32,000 nt of DNA from Deferrisoma camini S3R1 (GCF_000526155.1 NZ_JAFN01000001.1:1605014-1637013), one strand, 5' to 3'. Positions 23,048 through 30,640 are shown, counted from the stretch's first letter. Numbers and translations: made by a program. The notes: a model not told the origin generated them from the letters alone.

Positions 23048-23763
23048 CGATCTTGGGCGAACGCCGTGCGGGCCGCGCGCTCCCACACCGCGAACTCCTC
23101 GGGAGAGAGCGACGGCGCACCCCGAAGGTCCGGGTCCAGCACCTCGTCGGTTCGGCACCGTTGCAGGGTCCACCCCACCTCCGCGGCCCGGCTCCGAAAC
23201 CTCCGGCCCAGATCCCGCCCCAGCCGGCACACTTCCTCGAGACTCAGAAGGGCCGGGTGCACCGTCGTGCGGATCTCCAGGGGAACGGCAGCACACTCCA
23301 AGGCTCGCAACGAGGCATCCACGGCCTCCGGATCCGAGCCCGATCCCGCGTTGCGGCGGTAAGGCACGCCCTCCAGGGGCGCCTTCACGTCCAGGGCCAC
23401 CTGGTCCACCAACCCCGCCTCCAGCAGCGACGCCAGCACCCCGGGCCGGGACCCGTTGGTGTCGAGCTTGATCCGGAACCCCAGGGCCCGAAACCGCTCC
23501 AGCAAGGCCGGGAGCCCCGGGTGGAGCGTCGGCTCGCCCCCGGTCACGCACACCCCATCCACCCACCCCCGAAGCCGCACCAGCCGCTTCTCCACCTCGT
23601 CCCATGGCCAGGTCGGCACCTCGTGGGGCGAGGTCACGATCCGGTGATTGTGGCAGTACGGACACCGGAAGTTGCACCGCGCCAGGAACACCACGGCGGC
23701 CACCTGGCCCTTCCAGTCCGTGAAGGAGGTTTCCAGGAATCCTTTGATCTCTGGGAACTCCAC
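22984..23763 (-). CDS. nrdG: Anaerobic ribonucleoside-triphosphate reductase activating protein (radical SAM)
   Basis: CNFRCPYCHN (CxxxCxxC) cluster motif and GVCVTGGEPTL. It lies in an operon with nrdD. The 3' end overlaps the convergent ntrC-like gene by 64 nt. Confidence 0.85.
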   Translation of the reverse strand: MEFPEIKGFLETSFTDWKGQVAAVVFLARCNFRCPYCHNHRIVTSPHEVPTWPWDEVEKRLVRLRGWVDGVCVTGGEPTLHPGLPALLERFRALGFRIKLDTNGSRPGVLASLLEAGLVDQVALDVKAPLEGVPYRRNAGSGSDPEAVDASLRALECAAVPLEIRTTVHPALLSLEEVCRLGRDLGRRFRSRAAEVGWTLQRCRTDEVLDPDLRGAPSLSPEEFAVWERAARTAFAQDRYPFDPPPGPRPGTKSRRDRP

Positions 23764-23783
23764 TTAGGCCTCCGCTCGAACGA

Positions 23784-23811
23784 CGAGGGGCGACGAAGTC
23801 GTCGCCCCTCG
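23784..23811. other. Perfect 12-bp hairpin (CGAGGGGCGACG-AAGT-CGTCGCCCCTCG) between the grx-like gene and nrdG
   Basis: Read directly from the sequence. It is intercistronic within the minus-strand nrd operon. Confidence 0.6.
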
Positions 23812-23862
23812 CTCACCGGACGATCCCGGTCCGTCTCCCTCACCAGGGCGCCACGCCCGGGA

Positions 23863-24117
23863 CTACGCTGCCTGCCCCTCCAGGCCCTCCAGGTACTTAC
23901 GGATCCGCACGGCTCCCGTGAGATAGTTCGAATCCTCCAGCACCAGGATCGGTAGATTCCTCTCGGCCACGTTCACCAGCCCGTGCCAGGCCAGGTGGGC
24001 CAGGGCGTCCGGGTTTTCCGGCCCCAGCTCCTCCACCGCCACGCCCAGGGCGGCCAGATCCACCCGCTCCTTCACGTACTCGCACTTCTCACACCCAACC
24101 TTCGTGAACAGCGTCAT
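23863..24117 (-). CDS. Glutaredoxin/NrdH-like small thioredoxin-fold protein (84 aa)
   Basis: The N-terminus MTLFTKVGCEKCEYVK carries a CxxC motif after the first beta strand. CAGGAGG SD. Located between nrdD and nrdG. Confidence 0.65.
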   Translation of the reverse strand: MTLFTKVGCEKCEYVKERVDLAALGVAVEELGPENPDALAHLAWHGLVNVAERNLPILVLEDSNYLTGAVRIRKYLEGLEGQAA

Positions 24118-24216
24118 GGGATCCTCCTGTAACTCCGGTCTTCGGTCGACGGTCTACGGTCGCCGGTCGGGGCGGCTTTCCGAGCCGCCCGGGGGCCCCA
24201 CCCGACGGGGCCGGGC

Positions 24217-26361
24217 TCACGCCTCTGCCGCGCCGGCCCCGGCGGAGGGGGCGCCGGAGAAGTAGCCCGCCGTGCGCTGCCGGTCGTGAAGCTCGCCGAT
24301 CTTGCCCTTGTTCCAGGAGCTGATCTTGGTGAAGTACCCAGTGATCCGGGTGATCCCCTCCACCTCGTCGCTGCCGCAGTGCGGGCAGGTCTCCGACAGC
24401 CCCCGGCTCGTGCGGGCGCAGGCCACGCAGGTGGTGAACTCGGGGCTGAAGGCCACCTGGTCGTTGTGGGTGTTCCGGAAGATCTTCACCACGAACCGGG
24501 CCAGGCTCTCGGGGTGGGGTCTCTCCTCGCCCAGCCACAGGTGGGTGATCGCGCCGGCCTCGATGAGCGGGTGGAACAGGCCCTCCAGCCGGACTCGGTC
24601 CACGGGGTTGGTGGGGCTGCCCACGTGGAGCTGGGTGGAGTTGGTGTAGTACACCTCGCCCCGGGCCACGTCGCCCCGAACGGCCGCGCCAGCCGCCGGC
24701 GAGTAGTACTTGAGGTCGAGCTTGGCGAAGCGGTAGGCCGTGGACTCGGCCGGGGTCTGCTCCAGCACGAAGTGCATGTCGTGCTTGCGGGCGAGCTTGT
24801 CGGCCGTGAGCTTCATGTGGGCGATCACCTTCAGCCCGAACCGGAACGCCTCCTCGCTGTCGTGGAGCTCCTGGCCGGTGTGGATCTTGATCATCTCGTT
24901 GAGCCCCACCATGCCGAGCAGGTAGCTCACCCGGTGCATCCGCAGGTACGGCTGGCCGTCCCGGTTCATGGTCAGCAACGACAGGGGTCCCCGCTCCCCC
25001 TGGCTCAGCAGGCGCTCGATGAACGCCTTCTTCTGCAGATGGGCCTGGGCGGCCAGCTCCATCATCTCGGTCAGGTGCTGGAACAGCCGGGTGTCGTCGC
25101 CCCCGGCCCGGTACGCGATCCGGGGGAGGTTCAGGGTCACGTTCTGGAGGGCCGAGTACCGCATCCGCCAGGGCTGCTTGGCGTCCTCCAGGTCCGACTT
25201 CTCCAGCTTAAACGCCAGCCGGCAGCACTCGGAGATCTTGGCCGTGTCCCCCCGGTCGAACACGAAGTAGGTGTTGCCCTTCTCGGCCGCCACTTCACAG
25301 ATTCGGTGGAGGAACCGCTCGTGGCCCTCGGTCTGGAAGAACTTCTCCGTGATGTGCACCAGGGGCTTCGGGAAGAAGAACGGCCGGCCCGAGGCGTCGC
25401 CCTCGGCGTACACGTCGAACAGCTTCCACAGGAACCGCTGGGCCTCCTTCTCGTAGTCGCCGTAGGTCTTGCCGGTGTATTCGCCGCCCGGCCCGATGGC
25501 CGGCACGTCCTGGAAGTGCTTGGGCACCTCCCAGTACAGGTTGATGTCCGAGAAGATCGCCTGCCCCCCTCGGGCCACGGCCTGCTGAGAGTACTCGAAG
25601 ATCAGCATCTGGGCGAGCTGCTCCACGTCCCGGTCGGGCAGGCCCTCCAGGTACGGGGCGAAGAACAGGTTCACCGCATCCCAACCGATGGCCCCGGCGA
25701 AGTTGGACTGGAGGGCGGCCGAGAACTTGACCATGTGGGCCAGGAGCACCTCGGGGTGCTTGGCCGGCCGGGCGTTGGCCAGGCTGTTGGGCAGGTTCAG
25801 CCCGAACTTCTTCAGGTACTCCAGGCTCTGGCCCGAGCAGTAGGGCCGGTCGATGAACCCGAGGTCGTGCAGGTGCAGGTCGCCGCGCATGTGGGCGTCG
25901 GCCACCTCTTGGCTGAACACGGCCAGGAGCGCGTACTCCTTCTTGATGTTCTCGGCCAGGGTCAGGTTGGTGGCCTCGGGGCCGTGGGGGACGTTGGCGT
26001 TCTCCTTGTTGGGCGCGACCAGCAGCTCCTCCACGTCGTACAGGGGCATGCCGAGCCGGGTGTGCATCCGGCGGGCGCTCTCGAGCCCCATCTCGATCAG
26101 CTTCGCGTCCACCAGCTCACGGATCAGGGGCGCGGTCAGCACCTGGATCCGGGATCGGTGGATCATCTGGTCCACCGCCTCGGCCACCCGTTCGGCCGTG
26201 TCCCGGTCGAGGAACGTCTCCCGGACCAGGGCCTCCACGATGCGGCTCCGGTCCCAGTTAACGATCTCCATGTCCGAGGTTCGGACGAACAGCACCCGGT
26301 CGGTGGCGTCCGAACCGCGGGGCACCGGACCACCTCGGTTGAGCTCCATGACCTCGCCCAT
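24217..26361 (-). CDS. nrdD: Anaerobic (class III) ribonucleoside-triphosphate reductase
   Basis: 714 aa. N-terminal ATP-cone (VNWDRSRIVEALVRE). C-terminal Zn ribbon CVACARTS...CPHCGS and glycyl-radical motif RITGYF. GGAAGGAG SD. Confidence 0.95.
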   Translation of the reverse strand: MGEVMELNRGGPVPRGSDATDRVLFVRTSDMEIVNWDRSRIVEALVRETFLDRDTAERVAEAVDQMIHRSRIQVLTAPLIRELVDAKLIEMGLESARRMHTRLGMPLYDVEELLVAPNKENANVPHGPEATNLTLAENIKKEYALLAVFSQEVADAHMRGDLHLHDLGFIDRPYCSGQSLEYLKKFGLNLPNSLANARPAKHPEVLLAHMVKFSAALQSNFAGAIGWDAVNLFFAPYLEGLPDRDVEQLAQMLIFEYSQQAVARGGQAIFSDINLYWEVPKHFQDVPAIGPGGEYTGKTYGDYEKEAQRFLWKLFDVYAEGDASGRPFFFPKPLVHITEKFFQTEGHERFLHRICEVAAEKGNTYFVFDRGDTAKISECCRLAFKLEKSDLEDAKQPWRMRYSALQNVTLNLPRIAYRAGGDDTRLFQHLTEMMELAAQAHLQKKAFIERLLSQGERGPLSLLTMNRDGQPYLRMHRVSYLLGMVGLNEMIKIHTGQELHDSEEAFRFGLKVIAHMKLTADKLARKHDMHFVLEQTPAESTAYRFAKLDLKYYSPAAGAAVRGDVARGEVYYTNSTQLHVGSPTNPVDRVRLEGLFHPLIEAGAITHLWLGEERPHPESLARFVVKIFRNTHNDQVAFSPEFTTCVACARTSRGLSETCPHCGSDEVEGITRITGYFTKISSWNKGKIGELHDRQRTAGYFSGAPSAGAGAAEA

Positions 26362-26413
26362 GACCGTCGCTCCTTCCGTAGGGAAAACAGGGGGTTAGGA
26401 GGGAAGAAAAGCG

Positions 26414-26456
26414 CCACATCTTGTGGGCGGCCAAATAATACCACGACATATTGTGG
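26414..26456. promoter_or_regulatory. Candidate NrdR-type operator upstream of nrdD
   Basis: CCACGACATATTGTGG (26441-26456) fits the NrdR box pattern acaCwAtATaTwGtgt at most positions. A second, shorter palindrome CCACA-TCT-TGTGG lies at 26414-26426. The spacing (~28 bp) and the first box are non-canonical. Confidence 0.35.
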
Positions 26457-26610
26457 TGGGCTACCCTTTTTTTGTGCCCAAGGGCCGCACCGGACGACCA
26501 TGCCGATCCGGCCCGGCCGGGGCGGGTTTCTTGCGCAGGGTCGGCCCCTCCTTTATGCTTCGGAAGCCCCGTAACCCCGAGGCCCCCACCCGCATCGTAA
26601 GGATGTCGCA

Positions 26611-27213
26611 ATGGACGAAACCCGGTTGGTGGAGCGGGCCCGAGCAGGCGACTTCGAGGCCTTCGAGGAGCTGGTCACCCGCACCGAGGGCAGGATCTAC
26701 AGCCTGCTGCTGCGCATGACCGGCAACCCGGAGGACGCGCGGGAGTTGCTGCAGGAGACGTATCTGAGCGCCTACAAGAAGCTCGGCTCGTTCCGGGGCA
26801 ACGCCGCATTCTCCACGTGGCTGTACCGGATCGCCACGAACCACGCCCTGATGCGGCTGCGGCGCAAACAGCCCGAGACCGTCTCGTGGGACGAGCTCCC
26901 CTTGCCCTCCCACGAGGAGATCCGGCGGCGGGGGGTGAGCAACTGGGCGGTGGACCCCAAGGAGGCCCTGCTCCGAAGGGAGATCCGGGAGCTGCTGGTT
27001 CGGGCCATCCAGGACCTACCGCCCCTGTACCGGGCGGTGGTGCTGCTGCGGGACGTGGAAGGCCTGAGCACGGCGGACACGGCAAAGATCCTGGGGACCA
27101 CGGAGGGAGCGGTGAAGACCCGCTTGCACCGGGCCCGGATCCACCTGCGGGAAAAACTGAGCCCCTACTTCGCCGACGGCGAGGAACCCGGGGGGCGGGC
27201 GGTGATCCCATGA
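26611..27213 (+). CDS. ECF (group 4) RNA polymerase sigma factor
   Basis: Region 2: FEELVTRTEGRIYSLLLRMTGNPEDARELLQETYLSAYKKL...STWLYRIATNHAL. Region 4: YRAVVLLRDVEGLSTADTAKILGTTEGAVKTRLHRAR. Confidence 0.9.
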   Translation: MDETRLVERARAGDFEAFEELVTRTEGRIYSLLLRMTGNPEDARELLQETYLSAYKKLGSFRGNAAFSTWLYRIATNHALMRLRRKQPETVSWDELPLPSHEEIRRRGVSNWAVDPKEALLRREIRELLVRAIQDLPPLYRAVVLLRDVEGLSTADTAKILGTTEGAVKTRLHRARIHLREKLSPYFADGEEPGGRAVIP

Positions 27214-27467
27214 CCCGGAAACTCACGTGCAAAGAGATCCTGGAGCAGCTCTCGGCCTACATCGACGAGGAGCTGGACCCGTCGATCTGTGCCGAGATCG
27301 AGGCCCACATGGAGGGATGCAACCCCTGCGTGGCGTTTTTGAACACCCTCAAGAAGACCGTGGTCCTGTACAAGTACTCGGCAGAGGGTGACGAGGTGCC
27401 CCGGGAGGTCCACATCGACCTCCACCGGTTCCTCCGGGAGAAGTGCGCCCAGGACGAAGGGGAGTAG
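27210..27467 (+). CDS. Zinc-binding anti-sigma factor (ZAS family), soluble, 85 aa
   Basis: The ATG overlaps the sigma gene stop (ATGA). H-x3-C-x2-C motif (HMEGCNPC) plus upstream Cys7 and Cys27. No TM segment. Confidence 0.8.
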   Translation: MTRKLTCKEILEQLSAYIDEELDPSICAEIEAHMEGCNPCVAFLNTLKKTVVLYKYSAEGDEVPREVHIDLHRFLREKCAQDEGE

Positions 27468-27605
27468 GATGGACGGGTGGATCTGGTTGCTCTTGATCGT
27501 GGTGGTGGGATACTGGACGATCCGAGGGGGCGGCTGAGGCGCATGCTGACCCGCCGGTCGGCGGGCCGCCCTACGACGCGAAACCGAAACCAAGGAGAGA
27601 GCAAG

Positions 27606-27935
27606 ATGGCAGGAGACAAGGTGCTCAACGTGACCGACGCCGATTTCGAGGAGAAGGTCCTCAAGACCGACAAGCCGGTCCTGGTGGACTTCTGGGCGGC
27701 GTGGTGCGGACCGTGCCGGATGATGGGGCCGGTGATCGACGAGGTGGCCGCCGCCTACGACGGTAAGGTGATCGTGGCCAAGATGAACGTGGACGACAAC
27801 CCCCAGACCCCGGCCAAGTACGGCGTGCGCGGCATCCCGAACCTGAAGCTGTTCCAGAACGGCCAGGTGGTGGACGAGGTGGTGGGAGCCGTGCCCCGGC
27901 AGAAGCTCGAAGAGATGCTCAACCGGGTCGTGTGA
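27606..27935 (+). CDS. trxA: Thioredoxin
   Basis: ORF 27477..27935 trimmed to the ATG at 27606, after AAGGAGAGAG. Contains VLVDFWAAWCGPCRM (WCGPC) and RGIPNLKLFQNGQVV. 109 aa. Confidence 0.95.
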   Translation: MAGDKVLNVTDADFEEKVLKTDKPVLVDFWAAWCGPCRMMGPVIDEVAAAYDGKVIVAKMNVDDNPQTPAKYGVRGIPNLKLFQNGQVVDEVVGAVPRQKLEEMLNRVV

Positions 27936-27945
27936 GGGAAGGACC

Positions 27946-28137
27946 ATGCCGCTCTACGAGTTCCAGTGCGCCCAGTGCGGGGAGAAGACCGAGGTGCTGG
28001 TGCGGTCCGGCGACCGGGCCGACGCCCCCAGGTGCCCGGCCTGCGGGGCGCCCATGGAGCGCCGGTGGGCCCCGGTGGCGGCCCACACCAAGGGGGCGGG
28101 GGGCGGGGGCTGCGCTCCCAGGGGAGGGTTCACCTGA
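27946..28137 (+). CDS. FmdB-family zinc-ribbon protein (63 aa)
   Basis: MPLYEFQCAQCGEKTEVL...CPACGAP has the paired CxxC motifs and the MPxYEFxC N-terminus typical of the FmdB family. Confidence 0.75.
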   Translation: MPLYEFQCAQCGEKTEVLVRSGDRADAPRCPACGAPMERRWAPVAAHTKGAGGGGCAPRGGFT

Positions 28138-28173
28138 GGGTAGTGCCGACGGGGCCGGGGGCCCCGCGGACAC

Positions 28174-28214
28174 GGCGCAGGCGCTGGTGGGGCCTGCGCC
28201 TTTGTTTTCCTTTT
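28174..28214 (+). terminator. Rho-independent terminator after trxA-fmdB
   Basis: 9-bp stem GGCGCAGGC / GCCTGCGCC (28174-28182 / 28192-28200) followed by TTTGTTTTCCTTTT. Confidence 0.7.
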
Positions 28215-28236
28215 GGTTCGTTTGGAGGGATCGGTG

Positions 28237-28767
28237 ATGGGCCTGCGATGGGGGAAGGGGTGGGGGGCCGTGTTGGTGGCGTTTTTGCTCGTGGTCGGCT
28301 CGGCCTGCTCCAAGACCGAGGAGAAGGGCCGGGAGCCCAAGCCCGCGCCGGACTTCGATCTGGTGAGCGTCGACGGCAACCACGTGCGTCTGTCGGACCT
28401 GCGGGGCAAGGTGGTTCTCCTGGACTTCTGGGCCACCTGGTGCCCGCCGTGCCGGGTCGCCATTCCCCACCTGGTGGAACTCCAGCGGAAGTACCGGAAA
28501 GAGGGGCTGGTGGTGATCGGAATGAACATGGACCAGGACCCGGACGAACTGGCCCAGTTCATGGCCCGCACCACCTTCAACTACCCCGTGGTCCGGGTGG
28601 ACGAGACCACCCGCATGGCCTACGGGGGCATCTCCTCGATCCCCCAGGCCTTCTTGATCGACCGGGCCGGGTACCTGCGGCACTCGTTCATGGGCTTCAG
28701 CCCCGACATCGGCCAGGACATGGAGGAGAAGGTCCGCCGGCTGCTCGAGGAGAAGCCCGCGGAGTGA
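28237..28767 (+). CDS. TlpA/ResA-like periplasmic thiol:disulfide oxidoreductase, probable lipoprotein (176 aa)
   Basis: ORF trimmed to the ATG at 28237, with GGAGG 8 nt upstream. Signal sequence ending LLVVGSAC (lipobox-like). Contains VVLLDFWATWCPPCR (WCPPC). Confidence 0.85.
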   Translation: MGLRWGKGWGAVLVAFLLVVGSACSKTEEKGREPKPAPDFDLVSVDGNHVRLSDLRGKVVLLDFWATWCPPCRVAIPHLVELQRKYRKEGLVVIGMNMDQDPDELAQFMARTTFNYPVVRVDETTRMAYGGISSIPQAFLIDRAGYLRHSFMGFSPDIGQDMEEKVRRLLEEKPAE

Positions 28768-28786
28768 ACCGAAGAGAAGGGGGACC

Positions 28787-29542
28787 ATGGCTGAGGAACT
28801 CCGACGGTGGCGGGACCTGACCGACCTGGACCCCGACACCCTTTCGCCCCGCAGGCTCGACTGGTCCCGCAAGCCCGAGGCGGTCAAGAGGTATCCCGAC
28901 CGTCCCCGGGTTCCGCTGCCCCGGCCCGGCGCTCTCCGGACGCCCCCGGCCGACCTGTGGGACGTGCTGGCCCGGCGACGATCCCGCCGGGAGTTCACGG
29001 GCGAACCGGTCCCGCTCGAGACCCTGGCGGCCCTCCTGTGGGCATGCCAGGGCGTGACCGCTCGGCAGGGCCCGTGCCTGCTGCGCACCGCCCCCTCGGC
29101 CGGGGCCCTGTACCCGTTCGAGACCTACGTCTCGGTCCAGGCGGTCGAGGGCCTCGACCCGTGCCTCGCCCATTTCGACGTGGCCGGGTTCGCGCTGGAG
29201 GTCCTGGAAGAAGGGCACCACGGACGGCGGATCGCGCTGGCCGCCCTGGCCCAAGGGTTCCTCGCCCGGGCCGCGGCCGTGTTCGTGTGGACCGCGGTGT
29301 ACCCCCGGACCGCATGGAAGTACGGGGACCGGGCCCTGCGCTACCTGGGTCTGGACCTGGGGCATGTGTGCCAGAACCTGGCGCTGGCGGCCGAGGCGCT
29401 GGGCCTGGGCTGCTGCCCCGTGGCCGCGTTCTTCGACCGGGAGATGAACCGGGTGCTCGACGTGGACGGCGAGGAGGAGTTCGCCTACTACCTGGCCGCC
29501 GTGGGCCCGCTGCCTTTGCCGCGGGAGAGGATAGGAGGTTAG
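28787..29542 (+). CDS. SagB-type / nitroreductase-family FMN oxidoreductase (251 aa)
   Basis: Contains [28 protein letters not shown] and [20 protein letters not shown], which are the nitroreductase fold signatures of the SagB/ThcOx subgroup. Confidence 0.75.
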   Translation: MAEELRRWRDLTDLDPDTLSPRRLDWSRKPEAVKRYPDRPRVPLPRPGALRTPPADLWDVLARRRSRREFTGEPVPLETLAALLWACQGVTARQGPCLLRTAPSAGALYPFETYVSVQAVEGLDPCLAHFDVAGFALEVLEEGHHGRRIALAALAQGFLARAAAVFVWTAVYPRTAWKYGDRALRYLGLDLGHVCQNLALAAEALGLGCCPVAAFFDREMNRVLDVDGEEEFAYYLAAVGPLPLPRERIGG

Positions 29543-29645
29543 ATCTTTTTCTCCTTGCATCCGCCCCCTAAGGGGCGTAGGGTGTGGCTCACAACAAAGG
29601 GGCTGCGACGCGGCTCAAGACGGCAGTTTCGGTGTGCGAACCCAG

Positions 29646-29679
29646 GCGGGAGAGGCGACCGTGGCCTCTCCCGCTTTTT
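29646..29679 (+). terminator. Rho-independent terminator
   Basis: 11-bp stem GCGGGAGAGGC / GCCTCTCCCGC with a 7-nt loop, followed by TTTTT. It lies 100 nt downstream of the SagB-like stop. Confidence 0.8.
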
Positions 29680-29825
29680 GTGTTTCCGCTCACCCGCAGA
29701 TGTTCTTGACGCAATTGGATGGACGTGTTCCGGAGTCTGGGATTTGGTTCCTCGGTCTGGGCTTGGCGCCATCGCGGTTGCACACACACCCGGGATCAGA
29801 GGTCCCAGACAAAGGAGAAGGCAAC

Positions 29826-30029
29826 ATGGCTAAGGGTACTGTGAAGTGGTTCAACGACCAAAAGGGCTACGGTTTCGTCACCCCCGAGAACGGGGGCGCA
29901 GACCTGTTCGTGCACTTCAGCGCGATCCAGGGCGAAGGGTTCAAGACCCTGACCGAGGGTCAGACCGTGGAGTTCGACGCGGTCCCCGGCATGAAGGGCC
30001 CCCAGGCCTCCAACGTCCGGCCCGTGTAG
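29826..30029 (+). CDS. cspA: Cold-shock protein (CspA family), 67 aa
   Basis: [34 protein letters not shown] carries the RNP-1 (KGYGFV) and RNP-2 (VFVHF-like) motifs. AAAGGAGAAGG SD. Confidence 0.95.
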   Translation: MAKGTVKWFNDQKGYGFVTPENGGADLFVHFSAIQGEGFKTLTEGQTVEFDAVPGMKGPQASNVRPV

Positions 30030-30056
30030 AACCGTCGGTCCCCGACGAACGAAACG

Positions 30057-30089
30057 GCGCGGGTTCCCTCAGGGGGACCCGCGCTTTTT
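30057..30089 (+). terminator. Rho-independent terminator after cspA
   Basis: Stem GCGCGGGT / ACCCGCGC, extended by CCC/GGG pairs, followed by TTTTT. Confidence 0.8.
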
Positions 30090-30125
30090 CGTTGTCGGCG
30101 CCCCAACCGAGAAAGGAGCCATCCC

Positions 30126-30335
30126 ATGGCGAGACGCACCAAACAGACCTACCAGAAACGGGCCCGGGAGAAGGCCCGGCAGGAGCGGCGCATGGAGAAG
30201 CAGGCCCGCCGGGCCGAGGCCCGGGAGCGCAAGGCCCAGGAGCCGCCCCGGCCGGACGACGGCGAGGATCCGGACATCGCCGGCATCGTGCCCGGCCCCC
30301 AGCCCCTCCCACCCCAGTTCCGGGACGACGAGTGA
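30126..30335 (+). CDS. Hypothetical small, highly basic N-terminal / acidic-proline C-terminal protein (69 aa)
   Basis: AAAGGAG SD 7 nt upstream. GC3-rich. MARRTKQTYQKRAREKARQERRMEKQARRAEARERKAQEPP... No family recognised. Confidence 0.5.
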   Translation: MARRTKQTYQKRAREKARQERRMEKQARRAEARERKAQEPPRPDDGEDPDIAGIVPGPQPLPPQFRDDE

Positions 30336-30340
30336 TCTCG

Positions 30341-30388
30341 GCTGGAAGGCTGGGATGCTGGGATGCTGGAAGGCTAGAAGGCTGGAAC
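30341..30388 (+). repeat. Tandem octamer array, 6 units: GCTGGAAG GCTGGGAT GCTGGGAT GCTGGAAG GCTAGAAG GCTGGAAC
   Basis: Counted directly from the sequence. It begins 5 nt after the stop codon at 30335. It carries five GGA motifs in the plus-strand sense. Confidence 0.9.
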
Positions 30389-30640
30389 GCCGAGAACTTC
30401 CCTTATGTCCCATATGTCCCAGAGGGTCCAATAGACCTTCCATGTAACTTCCGCTAGGACGCTGGGAGGCTTGAAAACCTCCATGATCTCCCAGCGTTCT
30501 AAGCATCACCACGCTTCTTTGGCACCACCTCACGGTCTCGGGCGGCATGGAGCCTGGTGGAGCGCCCACCTAACGGGCCGGGCTACCCGGAATTTCTCTA
30601 GTTTCTAGTCTCTGTCCGGCCGGCCCGGGCTGCGTGTTGC
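30389..30640 (-). repeat. Mosaic element, copy 3 (inverted; not followed by a gene in its own orientation)
   Basis: The revcomp contains AGAGACTAGAAACTAGAGAAATTCC, GAGACCGTGAGGTGGTGCC, CCTCCCAGCGTCCTAGC and GGAAGTTACATGGAAGG. This is the same module order as 11040-11230. Confidence 0.75.

Noticed and set aside
28787-29542. A TOMM/thiazole-oxazole peptide biosynthesis cluster, suggested by the SagB-type dehydrogenase.
   Set aside because: There is no cyclodehydratase (YcaO / E1-like) gene and no precursor peptide gene nearby. The neighbours are thioredoxin-fold proteins, so a stand-alone nitroreductase-family enzyme is more likely.
29704-29740. A sigma70 promoter for cspA, starting from the TTGACG hexamer at 29704.
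   Set aside because: There is no acceptable -10 hexamer at 16-18 nt spacing (TCCGGA / TTCCGG). The real csp promoter and its long 5' UTR cannot be placed by eye.
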